A stretch of DNA of 32,488 bases from a virus, in the IMG/VR virus record IMGVR_UViG_3300012038_000010; one strand, written 5' to 3'. The notes under the pieces were generated by a model, which was not told where the DNA came from, made no database searches, and saw only the letters and a list, made by a program, of their open reading frames with translations. Within the stretch, counting starts at the first letter, position 1. The number at the start of each line of letters is the position of its first letter. Of this stretch, positions 1 through 7,459 are shown in pieces. The position numbers were made by a program, and so were the translations under genes.

Positions 1-94
1 CAGCCGAACGTAGGTTAGCCGAACGTAGGTCAGCCGAAGATAGGTCAGCCGAATATAGGTTAGCCGAACGTAGGTTAGCCGAATATAGGTTAGC
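1..94. repeat. Continuation of the same 15-bp tandem array at the other window end.
   Basis: A partial unit at 1..10 is followed by units at 11, 26, 41, 56 and 71, then a truncated unit at 86..94. Positions 1..68 are identical to 32421..32488. Confidence 0.97.
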
Positions 95-202
95 TTTTTC
101 TTTTATAGCCTGTTCTACTGTTTTTTTGATTGTATTATCTTCGCACTCATACTCGAATAATACATTTCCTAAAATAGATTTGATTTGAATTTTTGTTTTC
201 AT
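1..202 (-). CDS. Pentapeptide-repeat protein, N-terminal part. The gene continues across the window junction into 32488..31765, giving about 285 aa if the ends are joined by their 68-nt overlap.
   Basis: ATG at 202..200. My translation is MKTKIQIKSILGNVLFEYECEDNTIKKTVEQAIKEK-ANL-YSANL-RSANL-YSADL-SSADL-RSANL-RSAD..., and it stays open to position 1. The frame at position 1 (equivalent to 32421) matches the frame of ORF 31765..31992. The conserved early promoter motif lies 22 nt upstream. This ORF is absent from the supplied track because it runs off the window edge. Confidence 0.8.
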   Translation of the reverse strand, partial: MKTKIQIKSILGNVLFEYECEDNTIKKTVEQAIKEKANLYSANLRSANLYSADLSSADLRSANLRSA

Positions 203-224
203 AATATTTTTGTTTAAATGTTTT

Positions 225-249
225 TGTAAAGATAAGGATTATTTTAATA
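225..249 (-). promoter_or_regulatory. Copy 1 (most divergent) of the conserved early promoter motif, upstream of the pentapeptide gene.
   Basis: Plus strand reads tgtaaagataaggattattttaata. On the minus strand this gives ...TATCTTTACA with a Bacteroidota-type -7 box, TAnnTTT(A). It lies 22 nt before the ATG at 202. Confidence 0.55.
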
Positions 250-462
250 TTATTTTGTTTTTTTATTAAAATATCTTCTAACTAAATAACCTCGAATAAT
301 GCTAGTAATAAAAAACACAAATGTTATAATAAGGTTTTGCGAAAATGTAACCGGGATATTAAGCACCGGATACAGAATTAATTGTATCACGATGCTAGTT
401 ACTAACCCGATAATAGTTTGCGTAACGCTTTCTATTATTGAAAGTTTTTTAGTTTGGTTCAT
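250..462 (-). CDS. Small membrane protein (about 2 TM segments), translationally coupled to the helicase-methylase gene.
   Basis: 70-aa ORF with hydrophobic stretches IIGLVTSIVIQLILYPVL and LIITFVFFITSII and a basic C-terminus. Its start overlaps the upstream stop as TAATG at 460..464. Confidence 0.7.
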   Translation of the reverse strand: MNQTKKLSIIESVTQTIIGLVTSIVIQLILYPVLNIPVTFSQNLIITFVFFITSIIRGYLVRRYFNKKTK

Positions 463-2642
463 TAGAATAAAGTTAATGTAGAACTTTTTTCTTTTACAAA
501 ATCAGAATGATTCTTTGAATTTAAATGAAAGTAACTTTCTTTCAATTCAATGCTTATACTTTTACGATTCATTTTAATTGCAGAACAACCTTCTGAACCA
601 ATGCCCCCGAACGGGCTTAAAACAGTTTCCCCTTCATTCGAATATAAATGCAATATTCTTTCAATCGTATCTAACTGTAAAGGACAAATATGTTTTTCAT
701 CATTTCCATCGCGACCTGAACGATATTGTAAAGTCCTTCCGTAATCAATATCCATCCAAACAGGCGATGCATATTTCTGCCATAAATCAACCGGCAAATA
801 ATCTAATTCATTTGGATCTTTATCCTGGTGTTTTATTGGAGTTTCATTATCTCCTTCATTTCTGAAAAACAAAACGTAATCAGGAATACCCACTCTACTC
901 ATTACACTATCTTTTTTTATAGTTTTATGTAGCAATCCTAATGCTTTAGTTCTTTGCATTTCAGTTACCGGATTTTTCCATATTGTAGTCCGTGCATGAT
1001 AAATAAAACCTTCTTCTTTAAACCAATCAATTAACATTCCGCTAAAATCTCTTAACCCGATATAACCTTCTTTGCCTTTTTGTATCGGTAAGTCCATACA
1101 ATGAATAGCGCAAATACGACCGCTTTTAAGAACTCTTTTTAATTCAGGGATAAGGAATTTAAAATGCTGCTCAAACTGTTTATAATCGGATACATTACCC
1201 ATATCCTCTTCTTTATCTGAATAAACATAAAGTTCAGCGAATGGCGGAGAAAACACTATCACATCAGCGCAGTTGTCTGGTAATTTTTTAGTTTCCTGTA
1301 CACAATCGCCATTTATCAAATGGTAGTTGTCTGTTTTAATTTCTTTATTCATAATTTTAACTTTTGATTTAGCTGTTTTATAGTTTGTTTCTGCGGAGTA
1401 TAAAGCCATTTCTTTTATACGCTCAAAATGTTGTTTCTCTTTTTCTAAAATAGTGGCACGTACATTTGTCTGGCTTTCTGGGATTAAGATATGAACTGTA
1501 ACTTTATTTTTTTGCCCAAAACGGTAACATCTTCTAACTGCCTGGTAAAATGCTTCAAACTTAAAATCATAAGACATAAATATCATTTGATTGCATTGCT
1601 GATAGTTCATTCCAAAAGACGCTATACTGGTTTTTGTGATCAGAGTTTTAAAATTACCGTTTGCAAATCCATTTAAATGTTTCGCTTTATACTCATGACT
1701 ATCCGACCCTTGCACATTTACGCTATCATCTAACAACTTTGATAATGTATCAGTTTCATTATTTTTCAACCCCCAAACTATCCATTGATTATTATTTGAA
1801 TTAACCAATCCTAAAGTCTTTTGAATACGTAAATCAAAACTCCTGTTTAAGTCTTTGTGTAGTTCCGTAGCTGAAACTGCAACATCTCCAAATAAACTAT
1901 TACTTGTGTTTTCAACCGGAATAATATGCTCAATATATTCTATCTCAGGTAAATTATATCCTTCATCATCGAATCCCAATGTTGCAGGATTATCAATTGC
2001 AATGCTCCAACTTGAAACGTATTTCCAAAATGCATCTTTTGCGTGTTTTCTTAATCTCCATTTTGAAGTTTCCCCACCATCATGAACAAAGAACATTGCT
2101 AGCATTTCTAAATAACTCATTCCTCCTAAAAATTCCGAATGCTGCCCTAATTCCATGTGATCGTTTGGAGAAGGAGTTGCAGTACAGCAAAGTTTATAAG
2201 GAGTATTTTTGAATAACTCAATTATCAAACTTGATGTTTTTCCATCCCTGCCTTTTAAAATACTGCTTTCATCCAAAACAACTCCGGAATAAACTGAAAC
2301 ATCAATATTCTTTAACTGTTCGTAATTGTCAATATCAAAGCAATCTAAATCAACTCCGAACTTGATGGCCTCATTTTTAGTTTGTTCTATAATAGCCAAA
2401 GGTGCTAATATCAAAACTTTCATTTTTGTTTTTAATGATACTTGTTTAGACCATTCCAATTGGCAAAATGTTTTACCTAAACCGCAATCAAAGAACAAAG
2501 CAAATTTCCCTTTGAATAATGCTGTTTTAACTCCGAATTGTTGAAAGTCTTTCATAAGTTTATTTAACTTTTTATCTGACAATTCAAATCCGCTTTCAAT
2601 AAACGTTTTTCTTTTTGTGTCTAAAAATTCTGAATACTCCAT
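462..2642 (-). CDS. Fusion of an SNF2-family helicase (N-terminal) and a beta-class N6A/N4C DNA methyltransferase (C-terminal).
   Basis: Helicase motifs: CGLGKT (I), VVLDESS (II), CTATPSPN (III), QAVRRCYRFGQKNKV (VI). Methyltransferase motifs: GDC..LPDNCADVIVFSPPF (motif IV, SPPF) precedes HICPLQL...VLSPFGGIGSEG (motif I, FxGxG). That order is typical of N6_N4_Mtase enzymes. Confidence 0.85.
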   Translation of the reverse strand: MEYSEFLDTKRKTFIESGFELSDKKLNKLMKDFQQFGVKTALFKGKFALFFDCGLGKTFCQLEWSKQVSLKTKMKVLILAPLAIIEQTKNEAIKFGVDLDCFDIDNYEQLKNIDVSVYSGVVLDESSILKGRDGKTSSLIIELFKNTPYKLCCTATPSPNDHMELGQHSEFLGGMSYLEMLAMFFVHDGGETSKWRLRKHAKDAFWKYVSSWSIAIDNPATLGFDDEGYNLPEIEYIEHIIPVENTSNSLFGDVAVSATELHKDLNRSFDLRIQKTLGLVNSNNNQWIVWGLKNNETDTLSKLLDDSVNVQGSDSHEYKAKHLNGFANGNFKTLITKTSIASFGMNYQQCNQMIFMSYDFKFEAFYQAVRRCYRFGQKNKVTVHILIPESQTNVRATILEKEKQHFERIKEMALYSAETNYKTAKSKVKIMNKEIKTDNYHLINGDCVQETKKLPDNCADVIVFSPPFAELYVYSDKEEDMGNVSDYKQFEQHFKFLIPELKRVLKSGRICAIHCMDLPIQKGKEGYIGLRDFSGMLIDWFKEEGFIYHARTTIWKNPVTEMQRTKALGLLHKTIKKDSVMSRVGIPDYVLFFRNEGDNETPIKHQDKDPNELDYLPVDLWQKYASPVWMDIDYGRTLQYRSGRDGNDEKHICPLQLDTIERILHLYSNEGETVLSPFGGIGSEGCSAIKMNRKSISIELKESYFHLNSKNHSDFVKEKSSTLTLF

Positions 2643-2670
2643 ACTTTTTTATTTAGTGTTATTTTGATTT

Positions 2671-2695
2671 TGTAAAGATAGTGTTTATTTTTATA
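2671..2695 (-). promoter_or_regulatory. Copy 2 of the conserved early promoter motif, upstream of the helicase-methylase gene.
   Basis: tgtaaagatagtgtttatttttata. It lies 28 nt before the ATG at 2642. Confidence 0.6.
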
Positions 2696-2720
2696 TTAAA
2701 TAATGTTTATTTAAATATTT

Positions 2721-2930
2721 TTATTTTAATTTTTCAGCGTAAAAAATATACGTTGAACTCATTGCGTAGTTTATTTCGTCCTGAGTGATCGACTTATCGA
2801 ATGTTTTTATTCTCCCGTTTATGTTTACTTCGATAAACCATTTGTAATTAATGTAAACAGGATAAACTTTGATCCCGTTTTTAATGCATAAGTGAGCTGC
2901 ATTATTACTGTCTGGAATTTGTTTTTTCAT
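2721..2930 (-). CDS. Hypothetical protein (69 aa).
   Basis: ORF packed 2 nt after the primase-helicase stop. No motif recognised. Confidence 0.55.
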   Translation of the reverse strand: MKKQIPDSNNAAHLCIKNGIKVYPVYINYKWFIEVNINGRIKTFDKSITQDEINYAMSSTYIFYAEKLK

Positions 2931-2932
2931 GA

Positions 2933-4762
2933 TTAAAATGGAACTGTATCATCGTCAAAACCAAAGGCATCGACTAAATTAACTTTTGGCAATTCGTATT
3001 CCGGTTGTGGTTCAATTGTTTTTCCTGTTCTTGTTTGATCGAATTGAGTAAATGGACTTACTCCGTTAAAATAATATCTTTGATTCCTAATATTGAAAGT
3101 TATACAGTCAACATTTTGAGGCGTTCCTACTAACTTTTGTTTTTTAATTTTCTGACTCCCGAAAACAACTTCATTATCTTTAAAATCTAATGCTCTGTTT
3201 GGCCTCCATACATATAAAACATTATCAGCTTTATCAGCAAATGTGCCACCCCCTTTAATGTTATTTAATTCCGGTCTAAAATAACGACCTTCATCCTTTT
3301 CGTTTTTACGTGCGGTCAATTGGTGAGCGACTAAATTAACACTTAACTCATTTTCAACTCCAAAACGTTTTAATTGCGACATAAAACGACTTATGTATAA
3401 ATCTTCCCTTTCTCCATTGTTTAATAAATGTTCTACGGTGTTATAAGGATCGATTATTAAACCCCTTATTCCGTTCTTTTTGATAAGGTATTTTGTTTTA
3501 TCAAAAATGGTTTGTATTTTAAAATCTTTTTCTGGATATATTACAAAAAAATGGTCATTTACAAAAGACATCGCTTCTTTGTATTCGTCTTCACTCATGT
3601 AATTATTTTTGTAATATGGATCGCATGACTTCCCTATAAAAGTTTCAATTAAATCATTATAAAAGTCATCTAAAGGGAAGTTTTCAGGACTAAATACAGC
3701 GAACTTCCATCCTGATATTATAGATTTTATTAACGCTAATTGATTTACAAATAAAGACTTTCCTTCATTCTGGTAACCTGTCCATAAATTAACCTCTCCC
3801 CCTCTCCAAGTCCATGCGTTATCTACTTCTTCTACTCCGGTGCTTTCACCTCTGTTTTGCCCATTTCGATACCCATTTAACATTGAATCCGAAACATCTG
3901 AAACACTAAAAACGCCATCTATCTTTACGTCCTTAGATAATTTGATTCTATTTGCAAGACTTTCTTTTCCATACTTAATAAGATAATCATTTGCATCTTT
4001 ACAATCTCCAAAATCAACTATTTTACATTTTTCCGCCCCGAATCTTCTGATTAATTCTTTTTGCCCTTTTTGCCCTGCTTCATCGTTATCGACTGCAATA
4101 TAAATCACTTCTTTATTTTCAAAGTAATTGTAATAGTTATCAATGTAATCTAGGTTTAACTCCCCTTTTAAATTAAATCCGTTTGGAACTGAAACGACGT
4201 TGTTAACTCCGGCTGTTGCGAATGCCAAAACATCAAACTCCCCTTCAACAATTACACATTCATTCTCTGTCGCTATTGAATCTAAATTGTAAAAAATCTT
4301 TTCAGCGTCTTTGAACAGTTTAAAATTCTTACTGCCATCCCTGTATTTTACATTTATCAATTCGCCTTTAAAGTAATAATCAAAACAAATGCAATTCTCT
4401 TCTTTTTTAGTTTGCGGCATCCATTCTTTTGCCTCTCTTATTTTTAATTGTTTTAAGACGTTTAAATCTACTGACCTAACGCTTACCATGTAATTAATAA
4501 GTTTATCGCTTAAACTTGATTTATTTGCGCTTAAAATAGGTTTAGCATATGTTTTTATCAATTCTTTTTTCTTAAAAGTATGTAATTGGATGGTTTCCCC
4601 GCAATGGTTACACTTTCCTAGTCCGGTATCCCAAAAAACAGATAAGCATTTTTCTTTGCTTTTCTTTCTGGACTCTGAACAAAGTGGGCATGTATGAGTT
4701 TTTGATTTTTCAGGTATTCCAAAAACGTTATATTCTAGTATTTCAAATCCGTTAATTTCCAT
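2933..4762 (-). CDS. Bifunctional primase-helicase (Zn-finger, TOPRIM and RecA/DnaB-like ATPase), T7 gp4-like architecture.
   Basis: CPLCSES...CNHCG zinc-binding motif. TOPRIM motifs VIVEGEFDVLA and AVDNDEAGQKG. Walker A-like GYQNEGKS. Acidic C-terminal tail ...FDDDTVPF. Confidence 0.85.
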   Translation of the reverse strand: MEINGFEILEYNVFGIPEKSKTHTCPLCSESRKKSKEKCLSVFWDTGLGKCNHCGETIQLHTFKKKELIKTYAKPILSANKSSLSDKLINYMVSVRSVDLNVLKQLKIREAKEWMPQTKKEENCICFDYYFKGELINVKYRDGSKNFKLFKDAEKIFYNLDSIATENECVIVEGEFDVLAFATAGVNNVVSVPNGFNLKGELNLDYIDNYYNYFENKEVIYIAVDNDEAGQKGQKELIRRFGAEKCKIVDFGDCKDANDYLIKYGKESLANRIKLSKDVKIDGVFSVSDVSDSMLNGYRNGQNRGESTGVEEVDNAWTWRGGEVNLWTGYQNEGKSLFVNQLALIKSIISGWKFAVFSPENFPLDDFYNDLIETFIGKSCDPYYKNNYMSEDEYKEAMSFVNDHFFVIYPEKDFKIQTIFDKTKYLIKKNGIRGLIIDPYNTVEHLLNNGEREDLYISRFMSQLKRFGVENELSVNLVAHQLTARKNEKDEGRYFRPELNNIKGGGTFADKADNVLYVWRPNRALDFKDNEVVFGSQKIKKQKLVGTPQNVDCITFNIRNQRYYFNGVSPFTQFDQTRTGKTIEPQPEYELPKVNLVDAFGFDDDTVPF

Positions 4763-4766
4763 AATA

Positions 4767-5468
4767 TTAAATTTGATTTGTTTTACCTGATATCTTTTTC
4801 CTGAATGATGAAAGGTCTTGTTTTTTTAGCCAATGAGTGAAGTGTTCTTTATAATCTTTTAAATTACTTTTTTGTTCTTCCATTGTTATCAGGTGATCGT
4901 TGAAATTATCTATAAAAAAATTAACTACATCGATACTTATTTTGTTTTGCATTGCCGTTACTTCTAACCATTGGGATGAAATTTTACACTCCGAAGAAAA
5001 AACAACGTTGTTAATAGTTATTATATTTTCTTTTTTAGTTTCTCTTTCTCTTTCTCTTTCTCTTTCTCTTTGCTTCGGTATAGGCTTCTCGTTTTTTTTG
5101 TCAAGGCTTTCAATAGGCTTCGTAGTAGGCTTCGTAGTAGGCTTCGCAGTAGGCTTACTTTTTTTACCTCCTGAACTACCTCCGCGCACTAATTTTAAAC
5201 GGTTTTCGCATGAAGGAACGAATAAAAAATTATCATTAATATTTACAAGATTTAACCTAATTAATTTATCAATTATTGTATTGATTTCATCAAAATTAAC
5301 TGCAAATTTTCTGCACCATGTATCAATTTTAATTTCGGTCTTGTTATCGTTCATCATCGCAAGGTCAATTAATTCACGATATAAACCGCGCTCAGATAAA
5401 TTTAATTCGAATACATGTTCTGAATTACCCCAGTCTTTAGGATAAAAAGTATAACCAAGTTTAGCCAT
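4767..5468 (-). CDS. DUF1376-like replication-associated protein (putative initiator or helicase loader) with a low-complexity linker.
   Basis: The N-terminus YTFYPKDWGNSEHVFELNLSERGLYRELIDLAMM fits the DUF1376 pattern. The linker is KPTAKPTTKPTTKP...RERERERERE. It sits directly upstream of the primase-helicase gene. Confidence 0.6.
   Translation of the reverse strand: MAKLGYTFYPKDWGNSEHVFELNLSERGLYRELIDLAMMNDNKTEIKIDTWCRKFAVNFDEINTIIDKLIRLNLVNINDNFLFVPSCENRLKLVRGGSSGGKKSKPTAKPTTKPTTKPIESLDKKNEKPIPKQRERERERERETKKENIITINNVVFSSECKISSQWLEVTAMQNKISIDVVNFFIDNFNDHLITMEEQKSNLKDYKEHFTHWLKKQDLSSFRKKISGKTNQI
5041..5156. repeat. Internal DNA repeats: (TCTCTT)x5 at 5041..5070, and five TAGGCTT copies at 5081, 5114, 5126, 5138 and 5150, the last four forming a 12-bp tandem.
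   Basis: Read directly: tctctt x5, then taggcttctcg...ataggcttcgtag taggcttcgtag taggcttcgcag taggctt. Confidence 0.9.
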
Positions 5469-5685
5469 TACTCACCTCCTCATCTTCAATAAAAGAAATT
5501 TGTTTTTTAAGTTCTCGATGTAATTTAATTGAAGTAGATTTATCCAGGTAGATATGTGAGAATTCACCATTTGATCCTTTAATCTGAATCATTATCTCAT
5601 TACAAATGGTTTTGTAACATACTAATTCATTTTCATCCGTTCCGGTATCTTTTGTTCCGGAAAATACTAATTTGACTCTTGCCAT
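5461..5685 (-). CDS. Hypothetical protein (74 aa).
   Basis: The ORF overlaps the downstream start by 8 nt. No motif recognised. Confidence 0.55.
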   Translation of the reverse strand: MARVKLVFSGTKDTGTDENELVCYKTICNEIMIQIKGSNGEFSHIYLDKSTSIKLHRELKKQISFIEDEEVSNG

Positions 5686-5723
5686 AATTTTGTGAATGTT
5701 TAAAAAACAAACAAATTTAAATT

Positions 5724-5779
5724 GAAAAATCCCTTAATCGTTTGGCATTGCGTAGGAGCGGCCGCCCGATTAAGGGATT
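5724..5779 (-). terminator. Putative intrinsic terminator: long hairpin followed by a U-tract on the minus strand.
   Basis: The 13-bp stem pairs aatcccttaatcg (5728..5740) with cgattaagggatt (5767..5779). On the minus strand it is followed by TTTTT (plus-strand aaaaa just below the stem). The loop is unusually large at 26 nt. Confidence 0.45.
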
Positions 5780-5846
5780 AAATATTTTTATGTCTGTTCC
5801 GGCTCCTACCTCGTTACAAGTGTAAATATAATTCTTTTTTCATTAC

Positions 5847-5981
5847 CTACAAACTTTTTAATTCAAATTTATTGAAAATTATCTTATGATATATCCGGTT
5901 AACATTTTCACGGTTAACGCCTTTTTTATAATAGTAGTTCATTACTATTTTAATCCGTTGTAAGTCGCTTAGTTTTGTCAT
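5847..5981 (-). CDS. Small hypothetical protein (44 aa), below the ORF-track cutoff.
   Basis: Hand translation: MTKLSDLQRIKIVMNYYYKKGVNRENVNRIYHKIIFNKFELKSL*. ATG at 5981..5979 and TAG at 5849..5847. It fills an otherwise 340-nt gap. Confidence 0.35.
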   Translation of the reverse strand: MTKLSDLQRIKIVMNYYYKKGVNRENVNRIYHKIIFNKFELKSL

Positions 5982-6025
5982 GTGTGTAATTTAAAACAGC
6001 CTACGTTAATAGGCTGTTGGTTAGT

Positions 6026-6394
6026 TTAAAATGGCAAATCATTTGAATCGTCTTGTTTAATTTCTTTTGCATCAAAATACGCATCAACCGCGCTTTTTGG
6101 ATCAAATGTTGGAGCTTCAGATTCTGTTTTTTCAATTTTCCATCCTTGTATCTGATTAAAATACTTTATTTCTCCTGAAGGACTAACCCACTCCCTACCT
6201 CGTAAATTCAATTGTATCTTAACCGATTCGCCTACTTTGTAAGAATCTAATAAACCGCATTTATCCTGGTTAAATTCAATTAGAATATGCTGCGGATATT
6301 GCTCATTGGTCGTTACTATTAATTCACGTTTTTTAAATGTAGCACTCACGTCTTGAGTTGCATTGATAACTTTAATCTTTCCTGTAATTTCCAT
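6026..6394 (-). CDS. Single-stranded DNA-binding protein, DUF3127-type OB fold.
   Basis: MEITGKI..V.....FKKRELIVTT.EQYPQ.I.IEF.QDKC.LLD.YKVGE.V.I..NLRGREW matches the DUF3127 pattern common in Bacteroidota. The acidic SSB-like tip is DDSNDLPF. The gene is adjacent to the ERF recombinase gene. Confidence 0.75.
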   Translation of the reverse strand: MEITGKIKVINATQDVSATFKKRELIVTTNEQYPQHILIEFNQDKCGLLDSYKVGESVKIQLNLRGREWVSPSGEIKYFNQIQGWKIEKTESEAPTFDPKSAVDAYFDAKEIKQDDSNDLPF

Positions 6395-6398
6395 GTTA

Positions 6399-6932
6399 TT
6401 ATTTTAAAGTTGTTTTTAATTTTTCTTTCAAGTCAAATACTGCTGTACTTGGTATTTTAATTGCTGAATAAACCTTTTTAAGTTCGTCTAAAGTAGTACA
6501 TGAGTTTAAACGGTTAATATTCCTGTCCTCTTCGCTGTGTGTTTGTTGTTCGGTCTTTAAATTACTGCTAGCGTTCCCATCATCATCCACAGCACCTACG
6601 CAAAGAAGTGATTGTAAGCCGTAACGTCTTGCATAAGTAAGTCCTGAGCCTTGACTTTGTGCATCGTTTTGCTTTGATACAACGACTTTTGTAACGCTTT
6701 CAATAGTTTCCCCACTTTCATGTAAAAGAAGCGTTTTAACGTACATTTCACCGTTTATCTCAATCATAGGCTGTAACACTACAATCTTGTTTTCGTTTAG
6801 TGCAGGTATAACAGCTTCACGGATTGCGTTTAAATCGGCATAACTATTTTTAAGAAATGGATTCTTTGCGTTTTTCTTTGCATTGCTCATTTGTGACTGA
6901 GCGGTTATTAATGCTAAAGCGATATTTTTCAT
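6399..6932 (-). CDS. erf: ERF-family single-strand annealing protein (recombinase).
   Basis: NPFLKNSYADLNAIREAV and GSGLTYARRYGLQSLL are characteristic ERF blocks. Confidence 0.75.
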   Translation of the reverse strand: MKNIALALITAQSQMSNAKKNAKNPFLKNSYADLNAIREAVIPALNENKIVVLQPMIEINGEMYVKTLLLHESGETIESVTKVVVSKQNDAQSQGSGLTYARRYGLQSLLCVGAVDDDGNASSNLKTEQQTHSEEDRNINRLNSCTTLDELKKVYSAIKIPSTAVFDLKEKLKTTLK

Positions 6933-7144
6933 TTGTGTCTTTTATTAAATAGATAAGTTTGTAAATCCTTTTTCGCTTTTGATTCAGCTTTCTTTAGTAG
7001 AATATAGTTAGGATCATCCTTATTGCTTTCGTACTCATTTGATTCCCTTTTTTCCACATGCAAAAACTGCTCACGTGTTACCCAGTGCAATGCGTTAAAA
7101 TCCTCTTCCCGCATTATTAAAAACATTTCACCGGAGGCACTCAT
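6929..7144 (-). CDS. Hypothetical protein (71 aa).
   Basis: ORF with ATGA-type overlaps at both ends. Confidence 0.55.
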   Translation of the reverse strand: MSASGEMFLIMREEDFNALHWVTREQFLHVEKRESNEYESNKDDPNYILLKKAESKAKKDLQTYLFNKRHK

Positions 7145-7308
7145 AACACTTCCACGTTTATAACTTCCATTGCTTCCAAAGTTAATTTAAGTAAGATTGT
7201 AGCCTCTTTTAGTTTTTCATTAACTTCCTTTAGTTGATTTTCTAAAGCTTCGATTCTCATTTTCTGATATGCTTCTAAATGAGATAGTTCTTTTGTTGTT
7301 GTTTCCAT
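7141..7308 (-). CDS. Small coiled-coil protein (55 aa), below the ORF-track cutoff.
   Basis: Hand translation: METTTKELSHLEAYQKMRIEALENQLKEVNEKLKEATILLKLTLEAMEVINVEVL*. The stop overlaps the next start as ATGA at 7141..7144. Confidence 0.5.
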   Translation of the reverse strand: METTTKELSHLEAYQKMRIEALENQLKEVNEKLKEATILLKLTLEAMEVINVEVL

Positions 7309-7318
7309 ACTTTTATGT

Positions 7319-7459
7319 TTAATTGATTAGTAATTGAATGATTAATGCGATTGCTGAAACTACTGCAAGAGTAGTAAATATCAATCTTTGTTTTCGGGTT
7401 TTTGCGTTTAGTTCAAATAAGATGAACCAAAAAAATAACGCTAAGTTTAATGCTATCAT
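7319..7459 (-). CDS. Small membrane protein (46 aa), below the ORF-track cutoff.
   Basis: Hand translation: MIALNLALFFWFILFELNAKTRKQRLIFTTLAVVSAIALIIQLLIN*, with two hydrophobic segments. The start overlaps the upstream stop (tcat at 7456..7459). Confidence 0.5.
   Translation of the reverse strand: MIALNLALFFWFILFELNAKTRKQRLIFTTLAVVSAIALIIQLLIN

Noticed and set aside
4900-5445. A 181-aa plus-strand ORF, and likewise the other plus-strand ORFs: 299..481, 550..744, 578..865, 1491..1676, 1855..2085, 1979..2212, 2326..2544, 8721..8969, 12543..12734, 13208..13456, 14524..14736, 15255..15470, 15549..15743, 16878..17105, 19620..19808, 20440..20628, 20930..21121, 21356..21571, 22100..22315, 24188..24376, 25059..25346, 25467..25688, 25849..26037, 27628..27810, 30390..30698 and 30535..30720.
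   Set aside because: All lie antisense inside longer minus-strand genes that carry recognisable domains. Their translations are low-complexity or Leu/Ser/Phe/Ile/Cys-rich, as expected for shadow ORFs in AT-rich DNA. None has a promoter or intergenic context.
5752-5810. A tRNA gene suggested by an acceptor-like 8-bp terminal stem.
   Set aside because: The element is only about 58 nt long. It has no recognisable D-arm, anticodon arm or T-arm (no GTTCRA T-loop in the right place) on either strand.
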